Part shown: positions 26,367-35,367 of the stretch, in pieces
How positions within the stretch are numbered: the first letter of the stretch is position 1
How the letters are laid out: each line of letters begins with the position of its first letter
From: an uncultured Acidobacteriota bacterium
GTDB lineage: Bacteria; Acidobacteriota; Polarisedimenticolia; JACPZX01
Assembly: GCA_964400605.1 (NCBI GenBank)
Contig: CAYNUH010000001.1
Location: 621-64,620, forward strand
Direction of reading: 5' to 3'
Length of the DNA stretch: 64,000 bases
Notes under the pieces: model-generated
Database searches by the model: none
Told to the model about the DNA's origin: nothing
What the model saw: the letters and a program-made list of their open reading frames with translations, nothing else
Made by a program: the position numbers and the translations under genes

Positions 26367-27173
26367 TCAGTGGACCAGCCGGAAGACCCGCCGGTATCGC
26401 GATTTGGTGACGAAATGGAGGATCTTGTTGGCGACGCTCCGGGTCCGTTCCACCACCCCGGTGCGTGCGTAGTCCCCCTCCTCCCCTGAGAACGACCAGA
26501 AGATCACGAACGCCCGCCCCTTGATGTTTTCCCGCGGCACCGCCCCCCACGCGCGGCTGTCCTTGGAATTGTCGCGGTTGTCCCCCATGGCGAAGTAGGA
26601 GTTCTGCGGGACCATGTAAGGGCCGAAGTTGAAGTGCTCCTCGCTGCGGAAGTGCGAGAACGGGCGGGGGCGCGGCGTGGCGGCGGAGAGCTGCACGGGG
26701 GGCTCGCCCTCCTTGACTCGGTTCCAGGAGTCCTGGTTCAGCTCGGTCTCGTGGACCTTGTAGGGCTCCTCCAGGGGCTGGCCGTTGATGTGAACCGTCT
26801 TGTCGCGGACCTCGATGACGTCGCCGGGCAGCCCGATGATCCTCTTGATGTAGTCCTTCTCAGGCTCCTCGGGGTACTTGAACACGACGATGTCGCCCCT
26901 CTGGATGTCGCGCATGGGCAGCAGCGCTTTCTCGAGGGGCGTCGCGTGCGCCGCGTAGATGAACTTGTTGACGACGATGTAGTCGCCGATGAGGAGGGTC
27001 GGGATCATCGACCCGGTTGGGATCTTCGACTGCTGGAAGACGAACGCGCGGGCGCCGACGACGAAGATCACGCAGATGACGATGGTCTCGAAGTAGTCCC
27101 GGATCAGGCCCTTGGGTGGCGCCTGCGTCCGCTCGGCCTCCTCGGCCGGCGGCGCGGCTTCTGTGACGTTCAT
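26367..27173 (-). CDS. lepB: Signal peptidase I
   Basis: Catalytic motifs SMIPTL...GDYIVVNK and GDNRDNSKDSR. N-terminal TM anchor. Start at ATG 27173 (MNVTEAAPP), 4-nt overlap with the upstream gene. Confidence 0.85.
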   Translation of the reverse strand: MNVTEAAPPAEEAERTQAPPKGLIRDYFETIVICVIFVVGARAFVFQQSKIPTGSMIPTLLIGDYIVVNKFIYAAHATPLEKALLPMRDIQRGDIVVFKYPEEPEKDYIKRIIGLPGDVIEVRDKTVHINGQPLEEPYKVHETELNQDSWNRVKEGEPPVQLSAATPRPRPFSHFRSEEHFNFGPYMVPQNSYFAMGDNRDNSKDSRAWGAVPRENIKGRAFVIFWSFSGEEGDYARTGVVERTRSVANKILHFVTKSRYRRVFRLVH

Positions 27174-27704
27174 CTCGGGATCACCTGGCGGCGGATGAGA
27201 TCGACGGCTTCCTCTGGGGTGGCGGCGTACCGCGTGGCGGCCGCTTGCCCGGGCTCGAGAAGGTTCCGTTCGACAAGCTGCTCCACGAGCCCCTTCCAGA
27301 ACGGCCCCACCAAGACGATGGGTCTGCCGTTCAGGAGACCGGCCCGGTGCAGGGCCCACAGGAAAGCCACTTCCGCGAGCGTTCCGGCTTTGCCGGGCAG
27401 GATGATATACGCCGCGCTCATCTCCATCAAGCGACGGGTCCTGTCGAAAAGGTTGCCCTCCGCGTACTCCTGGCTCAGGAAGCGGTTGCCCGGCCCGCGT
27501 CCGAAGTCCTTCGTGGTCACGCCGATGGCGATCCCGCCGGCCTCGCGCGCCCCCCGGCTGGCCCCTTCCATGACCCCGCCATACCCTCCGTTGACGACGC
27601 CGTACCCTCCACTCGCAAGGAGGTATCCCACGCGGCGCCCCATCTCGTAGAGGGGATCGCCCTCGGCGGGCTCGGAGGATCCGAACACCGCGACGTTAGT
27701 AACC
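27170..27704 (-). CDS. LOG-family protein (TIGR00730; cytokinin riboside 5'-monophosphate phosphoribohydrolase-like)
   Basis: VAVFGSSEP...GGYGGVMEGASRGAREAGG...ILPGKAGTLAEV motifs. A TTG start at 27704 is proposed so the gene overlaps the ggt stop by only 9 nt. The first ATG at 27790 would overlap ggt by 94 nt. Confidence 0.7.
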
Positions 27705-29396
27705 AAGCGCCACCCCGTGTCCTCTCGCGTCGGAGGCGCCTCGCAGCACGCCGGCCTCGCGGTCGAAGAGGATCGCCTGAACGTCTCCATAGAGGCCCGT
27801 CTCGTTGATCTCGTGTCCGCGGCGGCGGAGGTTGTCGGCAACGTCCGCCGAGAGGGTTCCCCTTTCACAGGAGAGCGTGTCGGGCGCCCACTGGTGGTGG
27901 CAGCGCGGCGCGTCCACGGCCGACTGGATCTCCATGCCGAAGTCCACCACGTTCAAAATCACCTGGAGCACCATGGTCGTGATCCGCCCGCCGCCGGGAG
28001 TGCCCAAGGCGAGGTAGGGCCGTCCCTCCTTCAGGATCAGCGTCGGGGTCATGGACGAGAGCATCCTCTTGCCGGGGGCGACGGCGTTCGCCTCGCCTCC
28101 GACGAGCCCGTAGAGGTTTGGCGTCCCGGGCCGGGCGCTGAAGTCGTCCATCTCGTTGTTGAGGAGGAAGCCCCACCCCTCCAGGAGCGCGCCGCTGCCG
28201 AAAGCGTCGTTGAGCGTGTACGTGTTGGCGACGACGTTCCCCGATTCGTCCGCGATGGAGAAGTGCGTGGTGGAGGGATGGTCTGGGAGGTTCGGCCGCC
28301 CCGGGCCCGCCTTCGCGGCCGGCGTGGCGTGCTGCGGATCGAAGTCCGCGATCATCCTCCGCGCGTAGTCCGGCGAGAGAAGCGAATCGAGCGGGATGGA
28401 GACGAACTCCGGATCGCCGAGGAACGCGGCCCTGTCGGCGTAGGCTCTCTTCATGACCTCCGCCAGGAGGTGCCAGTAGGCGGACGAGTTCTCTCCCAGC
28501 GACCGGAGGTCGAACGGCTCCAGCATGTGGAGCATCTCGACCAGCACGACGCCGCCGGCCGAAGGGGGCGGGACGGTCATCACGTCGAGCCCGCGGTACG
28601 TGGATCGGATCGCCTCGCGCTGCAGGGCCCGGTAGGACGCGAGATCCTCGCGCGTGAGGATCCCGCCGCGCGCCCTCAGCGAGGCGACCAGAGCCTCCGC
28701 GATGGCGCCCTCGTAGAAGGCGCGCGGCCCCTCCCTTCCGATCAGCCGGAGCGTACCCGCCAGATTCTTCTGCACCAGCACCGACCCGGCCTTGAGGGGC
28801 GCGCCGCCGGGGTAGAAGAGGGCTGCCGTCGCGGGGTGCTTCGTCAGCCGGGCGGCCTCCTCCTCCAGGTCGGAAGCGAGGTCCTCGCCGACGACGATCC
28901 CCTCCTCGGCGAGAGCCACGGCCGGCGCGAGCAGCCTCTCGAGGGGAAGTGATCCCGCCAGGTCGCGGGCCAGGGCGAGACCGGCCACCGTTCCCGGCAC
29001 GCCCACCGCGAGGGCGCTCTCGGTGCTCAGTCCCTTCACGACGTCGCCGTCCGCTCCGAGGAACATGTCGCGCCGCGCCGCGGCCGGCGCCGTCTCCCGG
29101 TAGTCCACGACGAAGGTGCGGCCGTCGGCCATCCGGGCCAGAAGGAAGCCGCCTCCTCCCAGGTTGCCGGCCTGCGGGTGTGTGACCGCCAGCGCGAAGC
29201 CGGCCGCCACGGCCGCGTCCACGGCGTTGCCGCCCGCGCGGAGGACGTCGAGCGCGACCTTCGCCGCGGCCGGCTCGGGCAGCGCCACCATGGTGTGTGC
29301 CGCCGCCGGCGCGGGGCGCACCGCCGCGGCGCTCGGCGTGGCGGCCAGGGTAAGGACGGCGCAGGCGGCGGCGAGGCGCGTGATCCGATCGGTCAT
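27696..29396 (-). CDS. ggt: Gamma-glutamyltransferase
   Basis: Signal peptide, GGT signatures (GGNAVDAAVAA; TTHFSIADESGNVVANTYTLNDAFGSG), and the autoprocessing Thr region. Confidence 0.9.
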   Translation of the reverse strand: MTDRITRLAAACAVLTLAATPSAAAVRPAPAAAHTMVALPEPAAAKVALDVLRAGGNAVDAAVAAGFALAVTHPQAGNLGGGGFLLARMADGRTFVVDYRETAPAAARRDMFLGADGDVVKGLSTESALAVGVPGTVAGLALARDLAGSLPLERLLAPAVALAEEGIVVGEDLASDLEEEAARLTKHPATAALFYPGGAPLKAGSVLVQKNLAGTLRLIGREGPRAFYEGAIAEALVASLRARGGILTREDLASYRALQREAIRSTYRGLDVMTVPPPSAGGVVLVEMLHMLEPFDLRSLGENSSAYWHLLAEVMKRAYADRAAFLGDPEFVSIPLDSLLSPDYARRMIADFDPQHATPAAKAGPGRPNLPDHPSTTHFSIADESGNVVANTYTLNDAFGSGALLEGWGFLLNNEMDDFSARPGTPNLYGLVGGEANAVAPGKRMLSSMTPTLILKEGRPYLALGTPGGGRITTMVLQVILNVVDFGMEIQSAVDAPRCHHQWAPDTLSCERGTLSADVADNLRRRGHEINETGLYGDVQAILFDREAGVLRGASDARGHGVALGY

Positions 29397-29452
29397 GTCG
29401 GGCGTGTTCCCTCGATGGGCTTCGCCGCCGCACGCGGGCGCCGGGGGCCTCC

Positions 29453-29605
29453 TCAGTCCTTTCCCGGGTCCCCCAGCTTCGCCTTGATCTCGTCGATCTG
29501 GCGCCGCAGCGCGCGCTGCTTCGACGTCAGGATGCCCAGGTAGGCGGCGAGGAAGATCCAGATCAGCGTGTACGCCCAGAACAGGTAGGGGAAGTGCTCC
29601 TTCAA
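29453..29605 (-). CDS. ccmD: Heme exporter protein D
   Basis: 50-aa single-TM peptide ((M)KEHFPYLFWAYTLIWIFLAAYLGILTSKQRALRRQIDEIKAKLGDPGKD). TTG start overlaps the ccmC stop (TTGA). Confidence 0.55.
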   Translation of the reverse strand: MKEHFPYLFWAYTLIWIFLAAYLGILTSKQRALRRQIDEIKAKLGDPGKD

Positions 29606-30288
29606 GCGCGCCTCCTCAGCAGCCGCTCGCGCAGGCCGGCGAGATCGTCCTCGGCGCGGCCGATGGACACGCGGATCGCCATCAGGCAGGCGTAGAGGAC
29701 GAAGTAGACCACGATGCAGCGGATGAAGACGGCCCGCATGGCCGGATCGAGGCCGCCGCCGCCCGAAGGGGTGAGGACCACGGGGTGGAGTCCCCGCCAC
29801 CAGGTGACCGACCTGTAGACGATGGGGATGTCCAGGGCGCCGATGATGCCGAGCACCGCCGCGAAGCGGGCCTGCTGGTCGCGGTTCTCGGTGTAGCGCC
29901 GCACCAGGACGTAGGCGATGTAGATGAGCCAGAGCACCAGCGTCGTGGTGAGCCTCGCCTCCCACGTCCACCACGTGAACCAGACCGGCCGGGCCCACAG
30001 AGGTCCGGTCACCAGGACGATGGTGCAGAAGAGCAGCCCCGCCTCCGCGCTCGCATGGGCGATGACGTCGTAGGCCAGCGATCGACGCCAGAGATAGAGA
30101 AACGACGCGACGCCGGTCACGGCGAAGGCGAGGAAGGCGGCGATGCCGGCGGGGGCGTGGAAGTAGAAGATGCGCTGCACGTCCCCCATCTGCGCCTCCG
30201 TCGGGGCGCCGAAGAACGCGCCGTAGAGGCCCCAGACGACCAGGGCGAACAGGACCACGGGAGCGGCGAAGGCTGCGGCTCGGCTCAC
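29602..30288 (-). CDS. ccmC: Heme exporter protein C
   Basis: Multi-TM with a WWD-type motif (WFTWWTWEARLTT). Confidence 0.85.
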   Translation of the reverse strand: MSRAAAFAAPVVLFALVVWGLYGAFFGAPTEAQMGDVQRIFYFHAPAGIAAFLAFAVTGVASFLYLWRRSLAYDVIAHASAEAGLLFCTIVLVTGPLWARPVWFTWWTWEARLTTTLVLWLIYIAYVLVRRYTENRDQQARFAAVLGIIGALDIPIVYRSVTWWRGLHPVVLTPSGGGGLDPAMRAVFIRCIVVYFVLYACLMAIRVSIGRAEDDLAGLRERLLRRRA

Positions 30289-30298
30289 GCGCGGATCC

Positions 30299-30976
30299 TC
30301 ACTCCTCGATCACGTACTCGAAGGCCAGGAAGGACGCCGTCACGAAGATGGCGTCGAAGGCCGCGGCGATGGTGAGCCAGTCGGCCGCATCCGAAAGCGG
30401 GTGGCCCTGCATGACCACGGCCGTGGTCTTGACGGCCGAGATGATGATGGGCACGCAGATGCTGAACAGCGCGAGGGGCAGCAGCACCTCCCCGCGGCGG
30501 GTGCGCGCCGTCATGGCGCCGAGCAAAGTCCCCACTCCCGCGAACCCGAGCGTGTGGATCGCCAGCACGGCCGCCAGAGAGCCGACCTTCCCCGAGAGCG
30601 GGAAGTTGAACAGCACCGCGCTGAGGGGGACGAGGATCACCTCCATGGCCAGGATCATGGTGAGGTTCGAGAGCATCTTGCCGATGAAGATGGCCCCAGG
30701 GTCCACCGGCGCGAGGAGCAGTCCCTGCATGCAGTCGCTCTCGCGCTCGATCACAAAGGAATGCGACAGGGACAGCACCCCGGCGAACGTGAACGTGACC
30801 CAGAGGACCCCGGGGCCCAGCTCGCCGAAATCCACCGTGGTGAAGTCGAAGGTGAAGTTGAAGATCACGAGCACCAGCAGAGCGAAGAAGAACATCCCCG
30901 AGAGGGAATCGAGGGTCCGCCACTCCAGCCTCAGATCCTTCAGCCAGATCAGGCATGCCTTCCTCAGGAGGTCCAC
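30299..30976 (-). CDS. ccmB: Heme exporter protein B
   Basis: Six-TM CcmB-like sequence (FFALLVLVIFNFTFDF...). Sits between ccmA and ccmC. Confidence 0.8.
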   Translation of the reverse strand: MDLLRKACLIWLKDLRLEWRTLDSLSGMFFFALLVLVIFNFTFDFTTVDFGELGPGVLWVTFTFAGVLSLSHSFVIERESDCMQGLLLAPVDPGAIFIGKMLSNLTMILAMEVILVPLSAVLFNFPLSGKVGSLAAVLAIHTLGFAGVGTLLGAMTARTRRGEVLLPLALFSICVPIIISAVKTTAVVMQGHPLSDAADWLTIAAAFDAIFVTASFLAFEYVIEE

Positions 30977-31686
30977 GCCTGAACCTTGGACGCGTAGAGG
31001 GCCTCCAGGGCCGGCCGCGTCAGGCCGTCCGCCGGAAGGTCCTCCACGAGGCGCCCGGTGGACATGATGGCGACGCGCGAGGAGAGCTCGAGCCCCTCTT
31101 CCAGGTTGTGCGTCACCATGACGACCGTCCGGCCCTGCCGCCGGATCCCCTCCAGCAGCGAGCGCAGCATCCGGGAGGCCTGCTGGTCGAGCCCCGTGTA
31201 CGGCTCGTCCAGGAAGACCAGCTCGGGGTCGTGCAGCAGCGCGCGCGCGATGGTGAGCCGCTGCTGCATCCCACGCGAAAACGTGCGCACGGGGTCGCCG
31301 GCGCGCTCGCCGAGCCCCACCTGCTGCAACATCGCGTCCACCCTGCCTTCGGCGTGCGGCACGTCGTACAGACGCGCGTAGAAGATCAGGTTCTCCCGGG
31401 CCGTCAGGCCCCCGTAGAGGAACGAGGCGTGCGCGATGAAGCCGATGCGCCGCTTCACCAGGGCAGGGTCGGAGCGGGATGACAGCCCCATCAGCGTGAG
31501 ATCCCCTCCGGAGGGCCGCAGCAGCCCGCAGAAGACGCGCAGGAGCGTGGTCTTTCCCGCGCCGTTCGGCCCAAAGATTGTCAGGAACTCGCCCGTGCGG
31601 ACGGTGAGGCTCACCCCGGCCACGGCCAGCACGGCCCCGAACCGCCGTATGAGGCCCCGCGCCTCGATGGCGGCCTCAGGGGGCAT
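30964..31686 (-). CDS. ccmA: Heme exporter ATP-binding protein
   Basis: ABC ATPase with Walker A (GPNGAGKTT), signature (FSRGMQQRL) and Walker B (LVFLDEPYTGLD). Start at ATG 31686. Confidence 0.85.
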   Translation of the reverse strand: MPPEAAIEARGLIRRFGAVLAVAGVSLTVRTGEFLTIFGPNGAGKTTLLRVFCGLLRPSGGDLTLMGLSSRSDPALVKRRIGFIAHASFLYGGLTARENLIFYARLYDVPHAEGRVDAMLQQVGLGERAGDPVRTFSRGMQQRLTIARALLHDPELVFLDEPYTGLDQQASRMLRSLLEGIRRQGRTVVMVTHNLEEGLELSSRVAIMSTGRLVEDLPADGLTRPALEALYASKVQAWTS

Positions 31687-31999
31687 CCGCGCCGCTGTCC
31701 CCGCCCTGCGGCGAGCGTCCGCTGCCGGCGTCGATCTTCCTGAGGACCTCGATCGCTTCGCGGGCGAGACGCTCGCGCGTCTCCTCGAAGTCCTCGCGGT
31801 TGAGCTTGCCGACGTGGAACTCCATCTCGAGGTCCTTGATCGCGGCGAGGATCTCGCGCCGCCGTGCGAGCATGTCTTCCCGATCCGCTGCGGCGACGTC
31901 GCGGCGAGCCTCCTCGGCGGCGCCACCCCAACCGAGAAGAGGTGCCAGCACCCACAGCGTCGTGGCACCCAGGATGGCCGCGGCCAGGACGACGGTCAT
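31676..31999 (-). CDS. Hypothetical membrane-anchored coiled-coil protein embedded in the ccm cluster (possibly a CcmI-like N-terminal fragment)
   Basis: N-terminal TM (VVLAAAILGATTLWVLAPLLG) then a charged helix. Fills the ccmH-ccmA gap exactly with short overlaps. Confidence 0.4.
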   Translation of the reverse strand: MTVVLAAAILGATTLWVLAPLLGWGGAAEEARRDVAAADREDMLARRREILAAIKDLEMEFHVGKLNREDFEETRERLAREAIEVLRKIDAGSGRSPQGGDSGADAP

Positions 32000-32001
32000 G
32001 G

Positions 32002-32586
32002 TCAGGCCTTGAAGTCCTTCAGCTCGCGCTCCAGGCGCTCGCGGTACCGCCTATCGTCCGGGTCGTCCGGCCTCACTGGCGCCTGAGTCGCCTCGGCAGC
32101 GGCGCCGCGCACCCACCCGCGAAGGACGTACGTGAGGACCGCCAGCGCCGCGAGAGTGACGATGAAGGGCACCAACCAGCCGATCAGGTTGAAGCCGGTC
32201 CTCTCGGGCGTGACGAGAACCTGGAGGCCATACTCCTCCACGTACCCCTGAATGACCTCGTCGGGGCTCTTCCCCGAAGCGATGGCCGCCGACACCTGGT
32301 CGCGCTCCATGGCGGCCGTGCCGCAAGTGCACTCGTGCAGCGTCTGGTTCACGCACCCGCCGCACATGCAGAGGACGCGCGTCGTGACCCGCTTCATGGT
32401 GTCGGATGACTCGACGGCCCCTCCCGGGGCCGGGGGCGGATGCGGCGCCGGGGCGCCGCCTCCGGTCTGTGCGGCGGCGCCGCCGGAGCCGGCCGCGAGG
32501 GCCAGCACGATCAGCAGGATCGAAGGTGCCTGAGGAGGGGGAGCGGGCCCCGGAGGCGGGCCCTCGCGCGGCCGATCAGGTCGCAA
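32002..32586 (-). CDS. ccmH: Cytochrome c-type biogenesis protein CcmH-like
   Basis: LCMCGGCVNQTLHEC resembles the CcmH LRCxxCQNQSL thiol motif. Followed by a TM segment (LIGWLVPFIVTLAALAVLTYVL). Confidence 0.65.
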   Translation of the reverse strand: MRPDRPREGPPPGPAPPPQAPSILLIVLALAAGSGGAAAQTGGGAPAPHPPPAPGGAVESSDTMKRVTTRVLCMCGGCVNQTLHECTCGTAAMERDQVSAAIASGKSPDEVIQGYVEEYGLQVLVTPERTGFNLIGWLVPFIVTLAALAVLTYVLRGWVRGAAAEATQAPVRPDDPDDRRYRERLERELKDFKA

Positions 32587-34591
32587 CGTGGCGGGCCGCC
32601 CGCGCCGGCCGGGCGGCGTAGGCCTTCTCGCGGGCCCACTCGGGAAGAACCGCGATGTGCGTTCCGATGATCAGGACGAAGCCGCCGATCCAGATCAGCG
32701 AGACGAGGGGGTTGAGGTAGACCTTGAAGGTGTACCCACCGGTCTGCGGGTTCGCGTCCACCAGCACCGTGTACACGTCATCCGTGAGGTGAGGGGGCCA
32801 CCGCCACATGCCGTAGACGGCCGCCTCCGTGGTGGGCTGCTCCGCGGCGCGGAAGAAGTATTTCTCGGGCTGGAGCCGGGCCACCTCCCGTCCTCCCCGC
32901 TGCACGGAGAGGACCGCCCCGAGGACGTCCTTGTGGGCGTCGGAGGAGGAGATCGTGTCGGCGAGGGTAAGCGTGTAGCCGCCCACCCGCATGGACTCAC
33001 CCCGCCGCAGCGTGGCGGAGGCCTCCCGCTGGAAGCCGGCCGAACCGGCGATGCCGGCGAAGATGAGGACCATCCCGGCGTGGACGATGTAACCGCCGTA
33101 GCGCCTCTTGTTCCGGCCCACCAGGTGGCTCAGGCCCGTGACCAGCGTTTCCTTCGAGACGGTCTGCCGCGCGCGGGCCCCGCGGTAGAACTCCAGCGTG
33201 ATGGTCGCGGTGACGAAGACGCACAGCCCGAAGGCCGGTAGCGCGAACGGGTGCCTCATGCCCAGCAGGAAGAGCGCCACGCAGGTGACCGCCCCGGCCA
33301 GGATCGGCACCGCGAAGGTGCGTCTGAGGTTCCCGGCCGAGGCGCGGCGCCAGGCTAGGAGCGGCCCCACCCCTGTCAGGAAGATGAGAAGCAGCCCCAG
33401 CGGAACGATCCACTGGTTGAACCAAGGCGGCCCCACGCTGACCTTCGTGCCGCTGAGGGCCTCCGTCAGGATGGGGTAGGCGGTGCCCCAGAAGACGGTG
33501 AAGCAGATCGCCACGAAGACGACGTTGTTGAAGAGGAAGGCGCTCTCGCGGCTGAGGAAGGAGTCGAGCCTGTTGTCCGCCTTCAGCAGGGGCAGGCGCC
33601 GGAACAGGAGCGCCAGGGAGACTGTGAGGAGGACGAGCAGGAAGCCCGAGAACCAAGGGCCGATCCCCGATCGCGCGAAGGAGTGCACGGATGAGATGAC
33701 GCCGCTCCGCGTGATGAACGTCCCGAAGATGGACAGCGCGAAGGTCGCGATGATGAGCATCATGTTCCAGACCTTCAACATCCCCTTCTTTTCCTGGATC
33801 ATCACGGAGTGGATGAAGGCCGACATGGTGAGCCACGGCATCAGGCTGGCGTTCTCGACCGGGTCCCAGGCCCAGTACCCGCCCCACCCGAGCTCCACGT
33901 ACGCCCAGTACCCACCCTGCAGGATGCCCATGCCAAGGAAGAACCACGCGAAGAGGCTCCACCGCCGGGCGGTGACTATCCACTCGTTGCCCAGGCGCCC
34001 CGTCAGGAGCGCGGCGATGGCGAAAGCGAAGGGCACGGCGACCCCGACGTAGCCGAGGTACAGCGTGGGGGGGTGGGTCACCATGAGCGGGTTCTGGAGC
34101 AGCGGGTTGAGCCCCGTGCCGTCCATCACGGCTCGCGGCATCGGCTCGAAGGGATTGGAGACGAAGGCCAGCAGGACGAGGAAGAACGTGAGGATCGTCA
34201 TCAGCGTGGCCGTGACCATCGGCATCAGCTCGCGATGGCGCCGAAGGTTTTGTGTGACCACGACGAACGCGAAGGTCGCGAGGATCAAGGCCCACAGGAG
34301 GAGCGATCCGCTTTGGCCTCCCCACAGGGCCGTTATCTTGTAGATGGGGGGCTGGGAGCGTGAGGAGTTCTGCGCCACGTAGAGGAGCGAGAAATCGTCG
34401 TCGAGGAACGACTTGATCAGTGCGGCCGAGCTGATGGTGAGGAGAAGGAAGGCCGCCTGCGCGGCGCGCTCGCCGCTGCGGACCAGCTCCGAGAGGGAGT
34501 TCTGGCGCCCGAGCCACGAGGTGAGGATCGCCCACACGGCGCAGACCAGCGCCAGGAGTAGGGCGAGGTTACCGATGTCCCCCATGCGCAT
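32576..34591 (-). CDS. ccmF: Cytochrome c-type biogenesis protein CcmF (heme lyase)
   Basis: 671 aa, about 15 TM, with the WxxW / LWGGQSGS tryptophan-rich motif and conserved His. Confidence 0.9.
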   Translation of the reverse strand: MRMGDIGNLALLLALVCAVWAILTSWLGRQNSLSELVRSGERAAQAAFLLLTISSAALIKSFLDDDFSLLYVAQNSSRSQPPIYKITALWGGQSGSLLLWALILATFAFVVVTQNLRRHRELMPMVTATLMTILTFFLVLLAFVSNPFEPMPRAVMDGTGLNPLLQNPLMVTHPPTLYLGYVGVAVPFAFAIAALLTGRLGNEWIVTARRWSLFAWFFLGMGILQGGYWAYVELGWGGYWAWDPVENASLMPWLTMSAFIHSVMIQEKKGMLKVWNMMLIIATFALSIFGTFITRSGVISSVHSFARSGIGPWFSGFLLVLLTVSLALLFRRLPLLKADNRLDSFLSRESAFLFNNVVFVAICFTVFWGTAYPILTEALSGTKVSVGPPWFNQWIVPLGLLLIFLTGVGPLLAWRRASAGNLRRTFAVPILAGAVTCVALFLLGMRHPFALPAFGLCVFVTATITLEFYRGARARQTVSKETLVTGLSHLVGRNKRRYGGYIVHAGMVLIFAGIAGSAGFQREASATLRRGESMRVGGYTLTLADTISSSDAHKDVLGAVLSVQRGGREVARLQPEKYFFRAAEQPTTEAAVYGMWRWPPHLTDDVYTVLVDANPQTGGYTFKVYLNPLVSLIWIGGFVLIIGTHIAVLPEWAREKAYAARPARAARHVAT

Positions 34592-35041
34592 TCAGATCCC
34601 GCCGTCGGCGCCGCCCGGTGATGTCATGGGAACTCCCTCCGGGTGCTCCGTCCCCATCTTCTCGTACTTGGAGGGGCACTTCGCCAGCAGGGTCCTTGCG
34701 TGGAACGTGCCTTTGGCATCCGCCGTCCCCTCGACCACCACCTCCGCGCCGTCCTTGAACGTGTCGGGCAGCTCGCGGGCATAGACGACCGGCATGCTCC
34801 GCGCGCCGTCGGTGATGGCGAATGTCACGCTGATTCCCTCCCCGGCGCGCTGCACGCTTCCCTTGACGACGTTGCCGTTCACACGGAACCCCTGGGGAGG
34901 TAGGCTGCCCTTGCGGTCGAGGAACTCTCCGACGGTGATGTAGTAAACGAGGTTCTGCTTGAAGGACACGCCCGCAAGCGCGACCAGTCCCCCGGCGATG
35001 ATGATCAGTCCAAAGGTGAACTGGACCCCTTTGCGTCCCAT
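34592..35041 (-). CDS. ccmE: Cytochrome c-type biogenesis protein CcmE (heme chaperone)
   Basis: N-terminal TM then the CcmE fold (FRVNGNVVKGSV...HARTLLAKCPSKYE). Confidence 0.9.
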   Translation of the reverse strand: MGRKGVQFTFGLIIIAGGLVALAGVSFKQNLVYYITVGEFLDRKGSLPPQGFRVNGNVVKGSVQRAGEGISVTFAITDGARSMPVVYARELPDTFKDGAEVVVEGTADAKGTFHARTLLAKCPSKYEKMGTEHPEGVPMTSPGGADGGI

Positions 35042-35222
35042 GAAAGCCTCCGGAGGCCGGACGCCGCGAGCTCGCAGCGTGCAGGATCGATGGATGATAG
35101 ACGGACCGTTCCCCGCCCGTCAACCAACGCCCGCCCCGCGAGCAGCGGTGCAGAGCCTCGTCCGGTTGTTCCGAGAGTCGGCGTCCGGTGGTTGCAGCAG
35201 AGGTCAAAGGCCCGAAAGGCAG

Positions 35223-35250
35223 CCTTGACCGGCCTCCTTACGGGCATATA
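35223..35250 (+). promoter_or_regulatory. Sigma70-like promoter (TTGACC, 16-nt spacer, TATATT) in the ccmE / response-regulator intergenic region
   Basis: TTGACC at 35223-35228 and TATATT at 35245-35250. No protein gene lies downstream on this strand. Confidence 0.4.
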
Positions 35251-35257
35251 TTCACGT

Positions 35258-35360
35258 CTCGTCTGACATATTCAGGAAAGCCCAACTGAATACGTCGGAG
35301 TCCGACCGATCTGCTTGCTTCACGACCTCCCTACCAGACTCGGGGGACCGCGAGGTCCCC
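35258..35360 (+). ncRNA. Candidate small RNA of about 100 nt, bounded by a sigma70-like promoter and an intrinsic terminator
   Basis: Lower-GC segment between the promoter at 35223-35250 and the hairpin GGGGGACC-gcga-GGTCCCCC followed by TTTTTT (35332-35359). No ORF on the plus strand. Confidence 0.3.
35332..35359 (+). terminator. Rho-independent terminator: 8-bp GC stem, 4-nt loop, T6 tract
   Basis: gggggacc gcga ggtccccc ac tttttt. Oriented for plus-strand transcripts. It also lies 9-36 nt downstream of the minus-strand response-regulator stop, so it may terminate both directions. Confidence 0.55.
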
Positions 35361-35367
35361 CACTTTT

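Noticed and set aside
27865-29433. 522-aa minus-strand ORF
   Set aside because: It is an alternate frame of ggt with Arg/Gly-rich composition.
32997-34535. 512-aa minus-strand ORF
   Set aside because: It is an alternate frame within ccmF.
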